In this document: positions 18,190 through 26,718 of the stretch, piece by piece
Numbering within the stretch: position 1 is the stretch's first letter
Layout: every line of letters begins with the position of its first letter
Source of the DNA: a virus
Taxonomy: Duplodnaviria > Caudoviricetes
Reading direction: 5' to 3' (one strand)
DNA: 56,683 bases
Virus record (IMG/VR): IMGVR_UViG_3300042922_001010
Coordinates: 1 to 56,683 of that record
Program-made: the position numbers and the translations under genes
Notes under the pieces: model-generated
What the model saw: only the letters and a program-made list of their open reading frames with translations
Databases searched by the model: none
Told to the model about the DNA's origin: nothing

Positions 18190-18416
18190 AGTGTGCGCCT
18201 CCAAGCGGCGATGGTGTGGATGTTCGCCCGGTAGCCGACGAACCCGTCGGACGGGTCGTCCTCGCGGATGGCGGTCCAGAGCCGCGTCGTCGAGACGTTC
18301 GGGTCGGTCGCCCACTTGAGGATGAGTGCGCGGTGCTCGGGGCTGAGGCCGTCGAGCCATGTCTCGAATCGGGAGCTTGTCGGCGCGGCGGTGTTGATCC
18401 GGTCTGCCAGGGCCAT
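18186..18416 (-). CDS. Hypothetical protein coupled to the phosphoesterase
   Basis: AGGAG RBS; GTGA overlap. Confidence 0.7.
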   Translation of the reverse strand: MALADRINTAAPTSSRFETWLDGLSPEHRALILKWATDPNVSTTRLWTAIREDDPSDGFVGYRANIHTIAAWRRTL

Positions 18417-18573
18417 GCGTCTCCTAGGAAGTCATGGCCGGATATGCGTCTCTCCGACGGGAGCACCTGTGAAGTTTTCCGCGGGCGTCGATGCCTGCGG
18501 TGGCGGCCGCGCACAATGGGCGGCCTCCCTGCGACCGGTATGCGCGAAAAGGAGGACGCGCGTGCCGGGAGGG

Positions 18574-18630
18574 TTGAGGGGGCGGGGAGAGTCGAACTCC
18601 GGGCGCCGACGGCCAATCCGTCTCGCCCCC
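18574..18630 (-). ncRNA. tRNA-like structure lacking an anticodon arm
   Basis: GGGGGCG/CGCCCCC acceptor stem, GACGG-ATTGG-CCGTC arm, GGAG-TTCGACT-CTCC T-arm. Confidence 0.55.
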
Positions 18631-18667
18631 GAGCGCCCCCGCGGTATGTGGCGGGGACGGTCTGGAA

Positions 18668-18706
18668 TGACGAAACCCCGCCGACGCGGTGCGTCATGCG
18701 GGGTTT
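18668..18706 (-). terminator. Terminator-like hairpin just downstream of a putative promoter
   Basis: AAACCCCGC...GCGGGGTTT followed by CGTCATT. Confidence 0.55.
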
Positions 18707-18734
18707 AGAGCGTGGGATTGACCCAACCCTAGAT

Positions 18735-18763
18735 ACAGTATGGGGTCCGGGTGTAAAGCACAA
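18735..18763 (-). promoter_or_regulatory. Putative (late) promoter
   Basis: TTGTGC-17 nt-TACTGT at the start of a 350-bp intergenic region. Confidence 0.5.
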
Positions 18764-18766
18764 GGG

Positions 18767-18958
18767 CTAGGGGGAACGAATTTTCCACCTCTTTCCGCCG
18801 ACGGATGCGGCGAGGATATCGGCAAGGGGAACGACTACCGCTCCCCCGGCGTTCTGCTTGCGGATCTTGTCCGCCCGGAGCCACGCGTCTATCGTGACGC
18901 GACTCACTCCGTAGAGCGAGGGCAGGGCTGACAGGTGAATGAGCGGGGACTCGGTCAG
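18767..18958 (-). CDS. Small HTH DNA-binding protein, probable CTG start
   Basis: LSALPSLYGVSRVTIDAWLRADKI; GGAGG then CTGA overlap with upstream stop. Confidence 0.65.
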   Translation of the reverse strand: MTESPLIHLSALPSLYGVSRVTIDAWLRADKIRKQNAGGAVVVPLADILAASVGGKRWKIRSP

Positions 18959-19695
18959 GTGACCTCCGCATCCGGAACGGTCGGTTTGGGGCATGGGGCA
19001 TACTCGGGGCGCGGGTCGTACTCCCATAGGACGCCAAACGGGTTGCCCGGCGCCTGGTTCAGAGGTGCACTCCGGCGTGTGCCGTCGAAGTAACGCCAGG
19101 GCTCCGGGTCGCATCCTTTCTGAGGCTTCCCTCTTGGCTCGAACGTTGTCATGAACGCCCAGCCGCGCGCCTTCGGTCTGCCCTGGATCCCGAGTACCGT
19201 GCCATCCGGCAGTCCGTCTTCCCCAAGCAGGTCGTACGTCTCCTCTGCGGCCCATGCATCCTCGACTGTCGCCCTGATGGGTCCGTGCTCGTAGACGTCG
19301 CCGTCCACGTGCGCGACGACGCGGTACTCGTGCTCTTGCGGCTCGGCCGCGGACGTCGAGTCTGGGGGCAGCACGCCTGCCCGTTCGGCCACGCGGACGA
19401 TCTTCCCGTCGAGCTCCGAAAGCGCGCGCCCCTGGTGCCCGCCGATGTGCTCGTAAGCGCCCAGCGCTGTGATGGCGACGTCGAGCAGCTCCTCGAGCAC
19501 CTTCTCGAAGGTGTTCGTCACGCCCTTGCGCGGGTTGGCGCCGAGCGCGCCGATGGTCGCAGTGACCACCTCGCCCGATTCCTCGGTGAGCTTGATGAGC
19601 CGGTGCAGGGTGAGTGCCTCCGGGTCGCGATGCGCGTTGCCGGCGTCGATCCATTCGCTGAGGCCTACGAGCGCGGCCTGACTGAGTTCAGTCAC
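18955..19695 (-). CDS. MazG-like nucleotide pyrophosphohydrolase with C-terminal extension
   Basis: KLTEESGEV...EELLDV motif. Confidence 0.85.
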   Translation of the reverse strand: MTELSQAALVGLSEWIDAGNAHRDPEALTLHRLIKLTEESGEVVTATIGALGANPRKGVTNTFEKVLEELLDVAITALGAYEHIGGHQGRALSELDGKIVRVAERAGVLPPDSTSAAEPQEHEYRVVAHVDGDVYEHGPIRATVEDAWAAEETYDLLGEDGLPDGTVLGIQGRPKARGWAFMTTFEPRGKPQKGCDPEPWRYFDGTRRSAPLNQAPGNPFGVLWEYDPRPEYAPCPKPTVPDAEVT

Positions 19696-20101
19696 CGGGT
19701 TCTCCAATCTGTGCATGTTTCGGATGCGGGGTCTTGGGCCATCCGGGGCGATGCCCGCAGACGGTGCATTGCCCGCACGAGAGGCATTCACCGACGCGGT
19801 CAGCGAAAGGCCACTCCCCCTCGGTGTCTTCGCGGGTGGCGGGCACGTGGCCGCGCACCATGTCGTCGCAAGCGACCCACTGCAGATGCAGCGCTGGCGT
19901 TCGGCGGTGCCGCTCGAACGCCTCGGGGACGATGCCCGCTCGTTTGAGGTCGACGTCGTTCCAGTCCGCCCAGCGGTGAGACGGGAACTCGCACTCGAGC
20001 TCCGGCGATTCGCCGCCCGACATGATGCCGCATACGTACCCGTGGCGTTTCACGGAAGCGCGGGTCTCGCCGCACTGCAGACAGGCATCACGTGCGTCCA
20101 C
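19688..20101 (-). CDS. Cys-rich hypothetical protein
   Basis: Several CxxC motifs; overlap-coupled. Confidence 0.6.
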   Translation of the reverse strand: MDARDACLQCGETRASVKRHGYVCGIMSGGESPELECEFPSHRWADWNDVDLKRAGIVPEAFERHRRTPALHLQWVACDDMVRGHVPATREDTEGEWPFADRVGECLSCGQCTVCGHRPGWPKTPHPKHAQIGEPGD

Positions 20102-20216
20102 GACTCTCCTCCCACTTCATGTGCCAGTTCGGGTCGCACGACGACAGCGCGACCCGCCCGTGGCTGTAGACGATGCCCACGGCGTCGCCGACGCGGGGCC
20201 AGATGATCCAGGTCAT
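20088..20216 (-). CDS. Small hypothetical protein
   Basis: ATGA overlap; fills the gap between neighbours. Confidence 0.45.
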   Translation of the reverse strand: MTWIIWPRVGDAVGIVYSHGRVALSSCDPNWHMKWEESRGRT

Positions 20217-20500
20217 GCGTTCCGCTCGGCGAGCCGGAGGAGCGTGGACTGAGCGTGGGTGCCGAAGTAGCCGGAGTGCGCCGCGCTGCGGAGGGCTGCA
20301 GCGCGCGCTCGGGCGGCGTGAGCCGCCAGGAGACTCGCGACGAACTTGTCGCACTCGTCGTTCGTCTCCTGGCGGACCCGTACCCACTCGGCGGAAGGGA
20401 TGAGCTCGTGCCAGACGTCGCCAATCTGGTTCACGATATTCCGCGCGACCGCCAGCGCTGCCTCGTCGACAGTGGCGACGTCTGCGGGAGTGTCAGCCAC
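20213..20500 (-). CDS. Hypothetical protein
   Basis: Overlap-coupled to the NAMPT-like gene. Confidence 0.6.
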   Translation of the reverse strand: MADTPADVATVDEAALAVARNIVNQIGDVWHELIPSAEWVRVRQETNDECDKFVASLLAAHAARARAAALRSAAHSGYFGTHAQSTLLRLAERNA

Positions 20501-21998
20501 GCTCGTTCTCCCACTCGGCGGCGAGCACCGCGCGCACCTCGGCGAAGGACTGGTAGCGGAGGAACTCGCCGTTCTCCCAGACGGGCTGCAGCAGCGACCC
20601 GGCTTCCGCTTCCGGCGACGCCGACTGGATGAGCGTCGGCTCCCCGAAGATGTCGCGGGTGACGGCGAGGCGGCCGGTGGCGCTGCGCTTGAGTCCGCTG
20701 TCGGTGACCGGGTTTTTCTGGATGTCGCGGCCCTCGCCGTCGATCTCCACCCACGTCGCCTTCATGGCCGACCCGAACGTGTCGCGCGTGACGTACTGGT
20801 AGCTGTAGCTCCCGACGCCGAACACGACGTTGCTCGAGGCGAAGCCCTTCGCGGCGAGGCGCTCGACGATGACCTCTGCGCGCTCGAGCGTGATGCTGTC
20901 GCCGTAGATGGTCCCGATGTGCGGGTCCAGCACCTTGTAGCCCTCGGCGTTCACGGTGCCGCCGAACGTCTCCCAGAGGAGCTCGACGACGCCCTTGTCG
21001 GCCGGCGTGCGGGCGGCGTCGAGCGAGGCCGCCCATCCGTCGCGGCCCGCGAGGATCTCGACGGGGTCGCCGGAGTCGGGTCGGATGACGACCTTGCCGT
21101 CGCGGCCCACGATGTCGTCGCGCAGCGCGGGCAGGATGTTCGTCAGCACGTTCCAGAGATCCCACGTGTCGCTGACGATGCTCACGATGCCGGACGGGTA
21201 CAGGTCCAGCAGTCGCGAGTACGTGTCGAACTCGTCGGCCTCGCCGCCCGCGCACATGACCGAGTGCTCGGTGGCCGGGACCGATACGAGTACGAGCCCG
21301 TTGTCCCCGGCGTAGTAGCGGCGGATCCAGTCCAGCGCGGCGAGGGTGTCGCTGCCCTTGAAGCTGAGGAGGTGGCCGGCTGCGGATGCGGCCGCGGCCT
21401 CCATGCCCGCCATGCCGCGAAAGCTGAAGTCGTGGAGCTGGAAGTCGACGGACGCGGGGTCCGCGCCGGTGACGTCCGCGGCCTCGTCGAGCAGCACGCG
21501 GTACTGGTGCGCGATGGTCGCCGTGGTCGACGGGTGCCACACGGACGCGCTGAGCACCGTCTCCACGAAGTTCGTCAGCCAGAAGAACTCGGGCAGGGTG
21601 TTCTCGACTGTGAACGACGGCACGCGGAGCGGCACGAGCGTCCCTTCGGGGACCGCGGCGAATCGGAGCGGGAGGTACCCGAGTCGGTGGAGCGCGCGGA
21701 TGTGGTCGCTGCCGACCTCGTTCGGTCCGACGATGGACAGGATGGCGCCTTCGTACTCGCGGGCGACGTCGTCCTCGTCCGCGGCGAAGAACGGCGCGAA
21801 CGCCTCGATGCAGTAGCGCTGCAGGAACGCTTGCAGCCCGAAGTGCACGACCTTGTCGATGCCGGGGATGCGGCTGCCGCGGTTCGTGAAGTTCGAGTAC
21901 ACGCGGGTCGTGCCCTCGGGGTACTGGCGGCGGTGGTCGATCTTGTAAGCGTCCGACGCGAGGAGCGGGGCGATGGGGCTTGCTGAGGTGATGGTCAC
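20493..21998 (-). CDS. Nicotinamide phosphoribosyltransferase-family protein (candidate Namat of NARP1)
   Basis: DAYKIDH, LHDFSFRG, SVPATEHSVMC, SIVSDTWD, IRPDSGDP, IYGDSIT, FGVGSY motifs. Confidence 0.92.
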   Translation of the reverse strand: MTITSASPIAPLLASDAYKIDHRRQYPEGTTRVYSNFTNRGSRIPGIDKVVHFGLQAFLQRYCIEAFAPFFAADEDDVAREYEGAILSIVGPNEVGSDHIRALHRLGYLPLRFAAVPEGTLVPLRVPSFTVENTLPEFFWLTNFVETVLSASVWHPSTTATIAHQYRVLLDEAADVTGADPASVDFQLHDFSFRGMAGMEAAAASAAGHLLSFKGSDTLAALDWIRRYYAGDNGLVLVSVPATEHSVMCAGGEADEFDTYSRLLDLYPSGIVSIVSDTWDLWNVLTNILPALRDDIVGRDGKVVIRPDSGDPVEILAGRDGWAASLDAARTPADKGVVELLWETFGGTVNAEGYKVLDPHIGTIYGDSITLERAEVIVERLAAKGFASSNVVFGVGSYSYQYVTRDTFGSAMKATWVEIDGEGRDIQKNPVTDSGLKRSATGRLAVTRDIFGEPTLIQSASPEAEAGSLLQPVWENGEFLRYQSFAEVRAVLAAEWENERG

Positions 21999-22855
21999 GC
22001 GATGTATCCGTTCAGGGTCGATGCGAGCGGGATGACGTTGAGGTCGTCCCCTGGGAAGTGCGGCGAGGGGTAGGAGTCGGTCGTCCACACCTCGCCGTAG
22101 TGGGTGCGGAGGTTGTGGGGTGCACCGCCGGAGAACACGCCGTGGCTCACGTAGAGACCGAGTCGCTCGCGGGGCAGGCCGGTCGCTTCCGCGAGTCCCA
22201 TGAACGTGCCGCCCCCGTCGCAGATGTCATCCACGATGAGGAACCGGCCGTAGTCGGGCAGGGGCTCACAGGTGAAGCCGGATAGCTTGCCGGTGTCGGG
22301 GTCGCGTCGCTTCTCCGCCCGGTAGAGCGGCAGATGCGTCGCGGCCGCTACCTTGGCCGCCCGGTCCACGGCGCCCTTGTCCGGCGCGATGATGCCGTCG
22401 TAGCGCTGTGGGCCGCCGCGGTCCGCGTGACCGACGATGTGTCGGCGCACGAGCCGCGTCGGGTCGACGACGACGACGTTCCGCAGCATCGACGGCATGG
22501 CCGGGCTGTGCGGGTCGAAGCAGACGACTCGGTCGACGGAGAGCGAGTTGATGAACTCGGCGTACACCGATGCTCCCCGCGGCACGAAGTCTTCATGGTC
22601 AGCGCGCGCGCCCGGAAGGTACGGGAGCAGCAGCACCGTATCCGCGCCGCGGCGGTAGGCGGCGTCCGCCCACATCCCGAGCGCGAACAGGTCGTTCCCG
22701 TCGGCACCGTAGAGCCGGGCGACCTCCGTCAGCGTCCCCTTCCCGTCGTTCTCGTTGACGACCTTGATGTGGGACTCGCCAGCAGGGAAACGCATGGCCT
22801 CGAACGTCGGCGTCGTCGTGAAGCCGGGTCCGATTCGGGTTGAGAACTCGATCAA
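21995..22855 (-). CDS. Ribose-phosphate pyrophosphokinase-family protein (candidate Adps of NARP1)
   Basis: FPAGE, LPYLPGARAD, DPHS, APDKGA, IVDDICDGGGTF, VSHGVFS motifs. Confidence 0.92.
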   Translation of the reverse strand: MIEFSTRIGPGFTTTPTFEAMRFPAGESHIKVVNENDGKGTLTEVARLYGADGNDLFALGMWADAAYRRGADTVLLLPYLPGARADHEDFVPRGASVYAEFINSLSVDRVVCFDPHSPAMPSMLRNVVVVDPTRLVRRHIVGHADRGGPQRYDGIIAPDKGAVDRAAKVAAATHLPLYRAEKRRDPDTGKLSGFTCEPLPDYGRFLIVDDICDGGGTFMGLAEATGLPRERLGLYVSHGVFSGGAPHNLRTHYGEVWTTDSYPSPHFPGDDLNVIPLASTLNGYIA

Positions 22856-23526
22856 CGCGTCTCTCCTTCGGTCGGTTCAGGTGCGACAACGCAGCCGCCA
22901 GCGAGTGTTCGGGCGAACTGTTCCGCGTGCTTCTCGGACTCAAAGCGCGCGCGTAGGCGGCCAGCGCCGTTACGCACGACGTACGGCAGCGCTGGTTCCG
23001 GTTCGGGTGCGGGACGAACAGCACCGAGAGCGGCGAGAGCGTTCGCCATCATCACTAGGACGTCTACGAGATCCTGGGTGTCGTCGTAGCGCCGGTAGTC
23101 CTCCGCAAGCGCGCGAGCTTGCTGAATCAGGATCGCGACGTGCCCGTCCGGCACTTCGCGGCCGTCGGCTGCTCGGTGCTTGGAGTAGCACGCAGCTTCG
23201 TCGGCGAGACGGTTCAGCAGGCCCGCAGCATCCCCGGCAACGCCTTCGAACTCGTACTCCTCAAGCGCGCCGGCAGCGGTCCGGGCACTCGCGATCAGTG
23301 CGGCCGTGTCGGTGTCGGCTTCTCGGGGCTTGGAGTAGCCCGCGATCACCTCAGCGTCGTGAGCGACGAGCCAGCGATCGAACGCCGCAGCTCGCGCGGC
23401 ATCCTTCGCCTCGCTCTGCGCGGTGATCTCCTCCCACGGGCGCGGTTCACCGCCAACCTCGACGTACTCCCGGATCTCTTGGGTCGTCGGCGTGTACTCG
23501 GCGCGGGCTTCGGGGTAAGTGCTCAT
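22852..23526 (-). CDS. Hypothetical protein
   Basis: Overlap-coupled; AAFDRWL..HDAEV motif. Confidence 0.65.
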   Translation of the reverse strand: MSTYPEARAEYTPTTQEIREYVEVGGEPRPWEEITAQSEAKDAARAAAFDRWLVAHDAEVIAGYSKPREADTDTAALIASARTAAGALEEYEFEGVAGDAAGLLNRLADEAACYSKHRAADGREVPDGHVAILIQQARALAEDYRRYDDTQDLVDVLVMMANALAALGAVRPAPEPEPALPYVVRNGAGRLRARFESEKHAEQFARTLAGGCVVAPEPTEGETR

Positions 23527-23657
23527 CGGTTCGCTCCCTCTCCGTGGCATGGGCATTGGCAGTCCGTCGGCTCGTCGCGCTCGTCATCCCATGCGTTGCC
23601 GAGGCACGCGCGGTGCTTGCCCTGTTCGCAGTCCGGATCGACGACGGGCACCTTCAC
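23523..23657 (-). CDS. Small Cys/His protein
   Basis: PDCEQGKHRAC...CQCPCH; 4-bp overlaps on both sides. Confidence 0.6.
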   Translation of the reverse strand: MKVPVVDPDCEQGKHRACLGNAWDDERDEPTDCQCPCHGEGANR

Positions 23658-24235
23658 GAGATGGCCTCCACGATCACGAGCCCCGATGCGCGCCGGCTGC
23701 CGCGCCTCTGGGACGCGAGCGACAAGACCTCGAGGTCGTAGTCGGTGGCGCGTCCGGATGCGATGCGATGGACGCCGACGATGCGCCAGACCGCGGCGCT
23801 CCCGTCCCATTTGGACTGCACGAGCTCGCCGGGCTTCGGGTTTTCGGTCGCGGGCCGGACCGTGACGTACCGGACGGTCTTCTTCGGGAGTGTGGACTCG
23901 AGGGCGTCGGCGAGCTTCACGATGAGGCTGACGCGCTGATCCGCCGCGGCGCCCGCGCGCACGAGGGACGCAGACGTGTCCGGCAGTCCGACGCACAGCG
24001 CTTCGATGTGGTCTCGAGCTTCCGCCACGAGGGCAGGGTGATCGTTCAAGGGGTCTCCTTCCTGAGAACGAGAGCGGGCGACCGCAGCATTCGCGATCGC
24101 CCGCCCGATGAGGACGTATACGTCCCCGGGTGTGAGATTGTCGTCGGTCTGGGAGTGCCAGATCCGGGTGTGGATGCCGAGTAGTTCGGCGTCCGTCAGG
24201 TCACTCGCAGTCAGCGAGGCCGATGGGCTCGTCAT
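23654..24235 (-). CDS. Hypothetical protein (possible internal TTG start at 24048)
   Basis: Open frame with internal AGGAAGGAG RBS. Confidence 0.55.
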   Translation of the reverse strand: MTSPSASLTASDLTDAELLGIHTRIWHSQTDDNLTPGDVYVLIGRAIANAAVARSRSQEGDPLNDHPALVAEARDHIEALCVGLPDTSASLVRAGAAADQRVSLIVKLADALESTLPKKTVRYVTVRPATENPKPGELVQSKWDGSAAVWRIVGVHRIASGRATDYDLEVLSLASQRRGSRRASGLVIVEAIS

Positions 24236-24259
24236 GTTCGTCGCGCTCGTCAGGTCCGC

Positions 24260-25021
24260 TCATGCCGCCTTGTCCTTCCGTCGTCTCTCGCGCTCCGCGC
24301 GCTCTTGCTGGGTCCAGACGTGCTCGATGATCGGGCCGTACAGGTCCAGCCACTCGAACCAGTCCATGGACCACTCGCACTGCTCGTAGCCGAGCCCGCG
24401 TTCGTAGCCGAGCTCGGTGCCGCACGTGACCCGGATGTCGTCCAGGAACTCGAGCGGCGCTTTCCGCCACAGGTGGGCGTAGCGGCAGTTCGGACACGAG
24501 ATCCACGGGATGGGCCGGAGGTCGACCTCCGAGTCCGGCCATCGCTTGAGCGCGGTCTGCATCCGCTTCACGAGCACCACGGCTCGCTTCGCGCCTTCGC
24601 GGGACTGGACGATGGTCTCCGCGTCGTCCCATTCGGCGACCGCGACGCGCGCGATGAGGAACGCCTCGTCGATGGTCGCCGTGGACGGGATGACGTTGGC
24701 GCCGAGCGCCTCCATCAGCCCGTCGGCGGCCATCCACGTCTCGGGCAGGATGAGGCGCTTCTCCATCGTCGTGTCGACGCGCTCTCCCACCGCCTGCGCC
24801 ATCTTCTCGATGCTGCGGAGGTGCACGATGAGGTTCTCCACTCGGGAGAGCGCGTCCTGCGTCTTCGCCCAGCACACGCGACAGAGGTAGCCGACGCTCG
24901 CTTCCCGGGCGACGCACCCCCGGTGCGAGTCGGGGTCTTCGCACGTGGCCCAATGAGCCCCGCGCACGATGCACGGGTTCGGCCTGTCGCCTCGGTTGAC
25001 ACGTGCCAGGTCGTTGGTCAC
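24260..25021 (-). CDS. Zn-binding hypothetical protein
   Basis: Several C/H and CxxC clusters. Confidence 0.7.
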   Translation of the reverse strand: MTNDLARVNRGDRPNPCIVRGAHWATCEDPDSHRGCVAREASVGYLCRVCWAKTQDALSRVENLIVHLRSIEKMAQAVGERVDTTMEKRLILPETWMAADGLMEALGANVIPSTATIDEAFLIARVAVAEWDDAETIVQSREGAKRAVVLVKRMQTALKRWPDSEVDLRPIPWISCPNCRYAHLWRKAPLEFLDDIRVTCGTELGYERGLGYEQCEWSMDWFEWLDLYGPIIEHVWTQQERAERERRRKDKAA

Positions 25022-25043
25022 ACAGTCGTGCGTTCCGTGCTCC

Positions 25044-26534
25044 TCAGACTGTTCGGACAGGGGGTACTCCTTCCCTCGAGAGCAGCACGCGAAGCGCGGC
25101 TGCGGCTTGCTGCGGGACGACGCCGTTCCCCGCGGCTTTCAACTGTTCGGCGCGCGATAGGCCGATGGCGGGGTCGGTCACCCAGCCGGCGGGCCAGCCC
25201 ATCATCCATTCGGGCAGTTCCGGGTTCAGCCGGTCCTTGCCTGCCTTTCCGTCCGGGCGGACAGGCGACGGCGCGTCGCGACCGATGACCCTCGCCCAGC
25301 GGTCGACGGCACCCTGGTATGGCCCCCAGGTATCGCCGGGGACGACGACGCCTTGCGGCCGCTCATCGTCGCTGCGCGTGCCGCCCATGGCGTATGCGAT
25401 TTCCGTCGATGAGCCGCCCCGCGTCGCGCGAGGCGTCGGCATCAGTCCGTGCTCGGTCACGTCGGCCAGGGAGACCGTGTGTCCGCCGTCGCGGCGTTTG
25501 TCCGGGTGCTGCGACCCTCCGCGCGACCCGCTGTAGGCGTCCGGAGTAGGGAGCAGAACCGCTCGAGTCAGCGATGGGTGCCCGCCGTTGTAGACCGTGT
25601 CGACCGTCTTCTTCGCCTCGGCCGCGCTGGGCGTTGGGAGCAGCTGCACGGCGATGGCGAGAGGCATCCCCATGCCGTTGCCGTTCTTCGCAGTGAGCTT
25701 GACCCGCTCGCGCCGAGCGAGCCAGCTTTCGGTCCCTTCTCCGTCGTTCGGGTTCATGGCAGCCGGCGTCGGCAGCAGTGTCAGATCACGATTCGACCGT
25801 CCTCGATCTCCTCCCGGATCTGATCCGAAAGACGCATCGTCGCCCGCGGGCGCTCCCTGTTCCGCGGGCCGCCGTCCGCTTCCGCGGCTGCGGGTGTTCT
25901 CAGCAGGCCAAGCGAGGATGAAGACTCGGAACCGGCCATGGGGAGCGCCGATTTCGGATGCTGGTAGGCCGATCCACTCCGCATCGAACCCGAGCTGGGC
26001 CAGGTCGCCAAGAACGGCTCCAAGTGCCCGCAGAGCATGTTGCTCGTCGTTGTCTCCCAGACACCACGGGCAGCGTTCCATGTCGCTATGTGCTTCTGCA
26101 CTCAGCAGTCCTCTCACGTTCTCGATGACGACCCAGTCGGGCCGATCCTCGGCGATGGATCGCGCGAACTCGGACCACAGGCCCGAGCGTGTGCCATCCC
26201 TCATCCCGCGACGGCCACCGGCCATCGAAACGTCCTGGCAGGGGAATCCGCCGGCGCGGATGTCAGTATGGGTGACCTGCCGGAAGTCGATCTTCGTGAC
26301 ATCACCGAGGTTGGGGACGTCGGGGTAGCGGTGCGCGAGCACCTTTGAAGGCGCGGCATCGAACTCAGCGAACCAGGCGGGCTCGGATCCGAAGACCTCG
26401 TCGACCGCCATGCCGAGTCCGCCGACGCCTGCGAACAGTTCTCCCGAGCGGAGCCGCCGAGGGGCGGGGGCGGCGCAACGGCACGCCACCACCCGCCCCT
26501 TGAACCTGCCGCACCAATCGCAGCGTGGGGTCAT
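25044..26534 (-). CDS. DNA cytosine-5 methyltransferase
   Basis: ELFAGVGG, GFPCQD, ENVRG, R.RVF and GNGVVP motifs. Confidence 0.92.
   Translation of the reverse strand: MTPRCDWCGRFKGRVVACRCAAPAPRRLRSGELFAGVGGLGMAVDEVFGSEPAWFAEFDAAPSKVLAHRYPDVPNLGDVTKIDFRQVTHTDIRAGGFPCQDVSMAGGRRGMRDGTRSGLWSEFARSIAEDRPDWVVIENVRGLLSAEAHSDMERCPWCLGDNDEQHALRALGAVLGDLAQLGFDAEWIGLPASEIGAPHGRFRVFILAWPAENTRSRGSGRRPAEQGAPAGDDASFGSDPGGDRGRSNRDLTLLPTPAAMNPNDGEGTESWLARRERVKLTAKNGNGMGMPLAIAVQLLPTPSAAEAKKTVDTVYNGGHPSLTRAVLLPTPDAYSGSRGGSQHPDKRRDGGHTVSLADVTEHGLMPTPRATRGGSSTEIAYAMGGTRSDDERPQGVVVPGDTWGPYQGAVDRWARVIGRDAPSPVRPDGKAGKDRLNPELPEWMMGWPAGWVTDPAIGLSRAEQLKAAGNGVVPQQAAAALRVLLSREGVPPVRTV
25781..26101 (-). CDS. Alternative-frame ORF nested in the methyltransferase
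   Basis: 106 aa; TWPSSGSMRSG and LLRTP, resembling the second gene of split phage methylases. Confidence 0.5.
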   Translation of the reverse strand: MQKHIATWNAARGVWETTTSNMLCGHLEPFLATWPSSGSMRSGSAYQHPKSALPMAGSESSSSLGLLRTPAAAEADGGPRNRERPRATMRLSDQIREEIEDGRIVI

Positions 26535-26704
26535 GCGGCCCGTGCGGGGTCGTTCGGGCACGGAAGGGCGGAGCGGCCGTACGGGGTGCGGCAGTTCCCG
26601 CACGAGTGCACGATCTGCTTCACCTCCGGCGCCCGTGCCTCCTCGAGCCACCCGGCTTCCTCGTCGGTGATGCGGGCGCGCGGGTAGCTGTATCCAGGTG
26701 TCAT
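26531..26704 (-). CDS. Small Zn-ribbon protein
   Basis: GAGGA RBS; CGNC...CP. Confidence 0.6.
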   Translation of the reverse strand: MTPGYSYPRARITDEEAGWLEEARAPEVKQIVHSCGNCRTPYGRSALPCPNDPARAA

Positions 26705-26718
26705 CTGTTCCTCTCGGG

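Noticed and set aside
20493-21998. NARP2 or classical NAD salvage (Nampt + Nmnat)
   Set aside because: No nucleotidyltransferase gene recognised and the partner is Prs-like; not fully excluded without biochemistry
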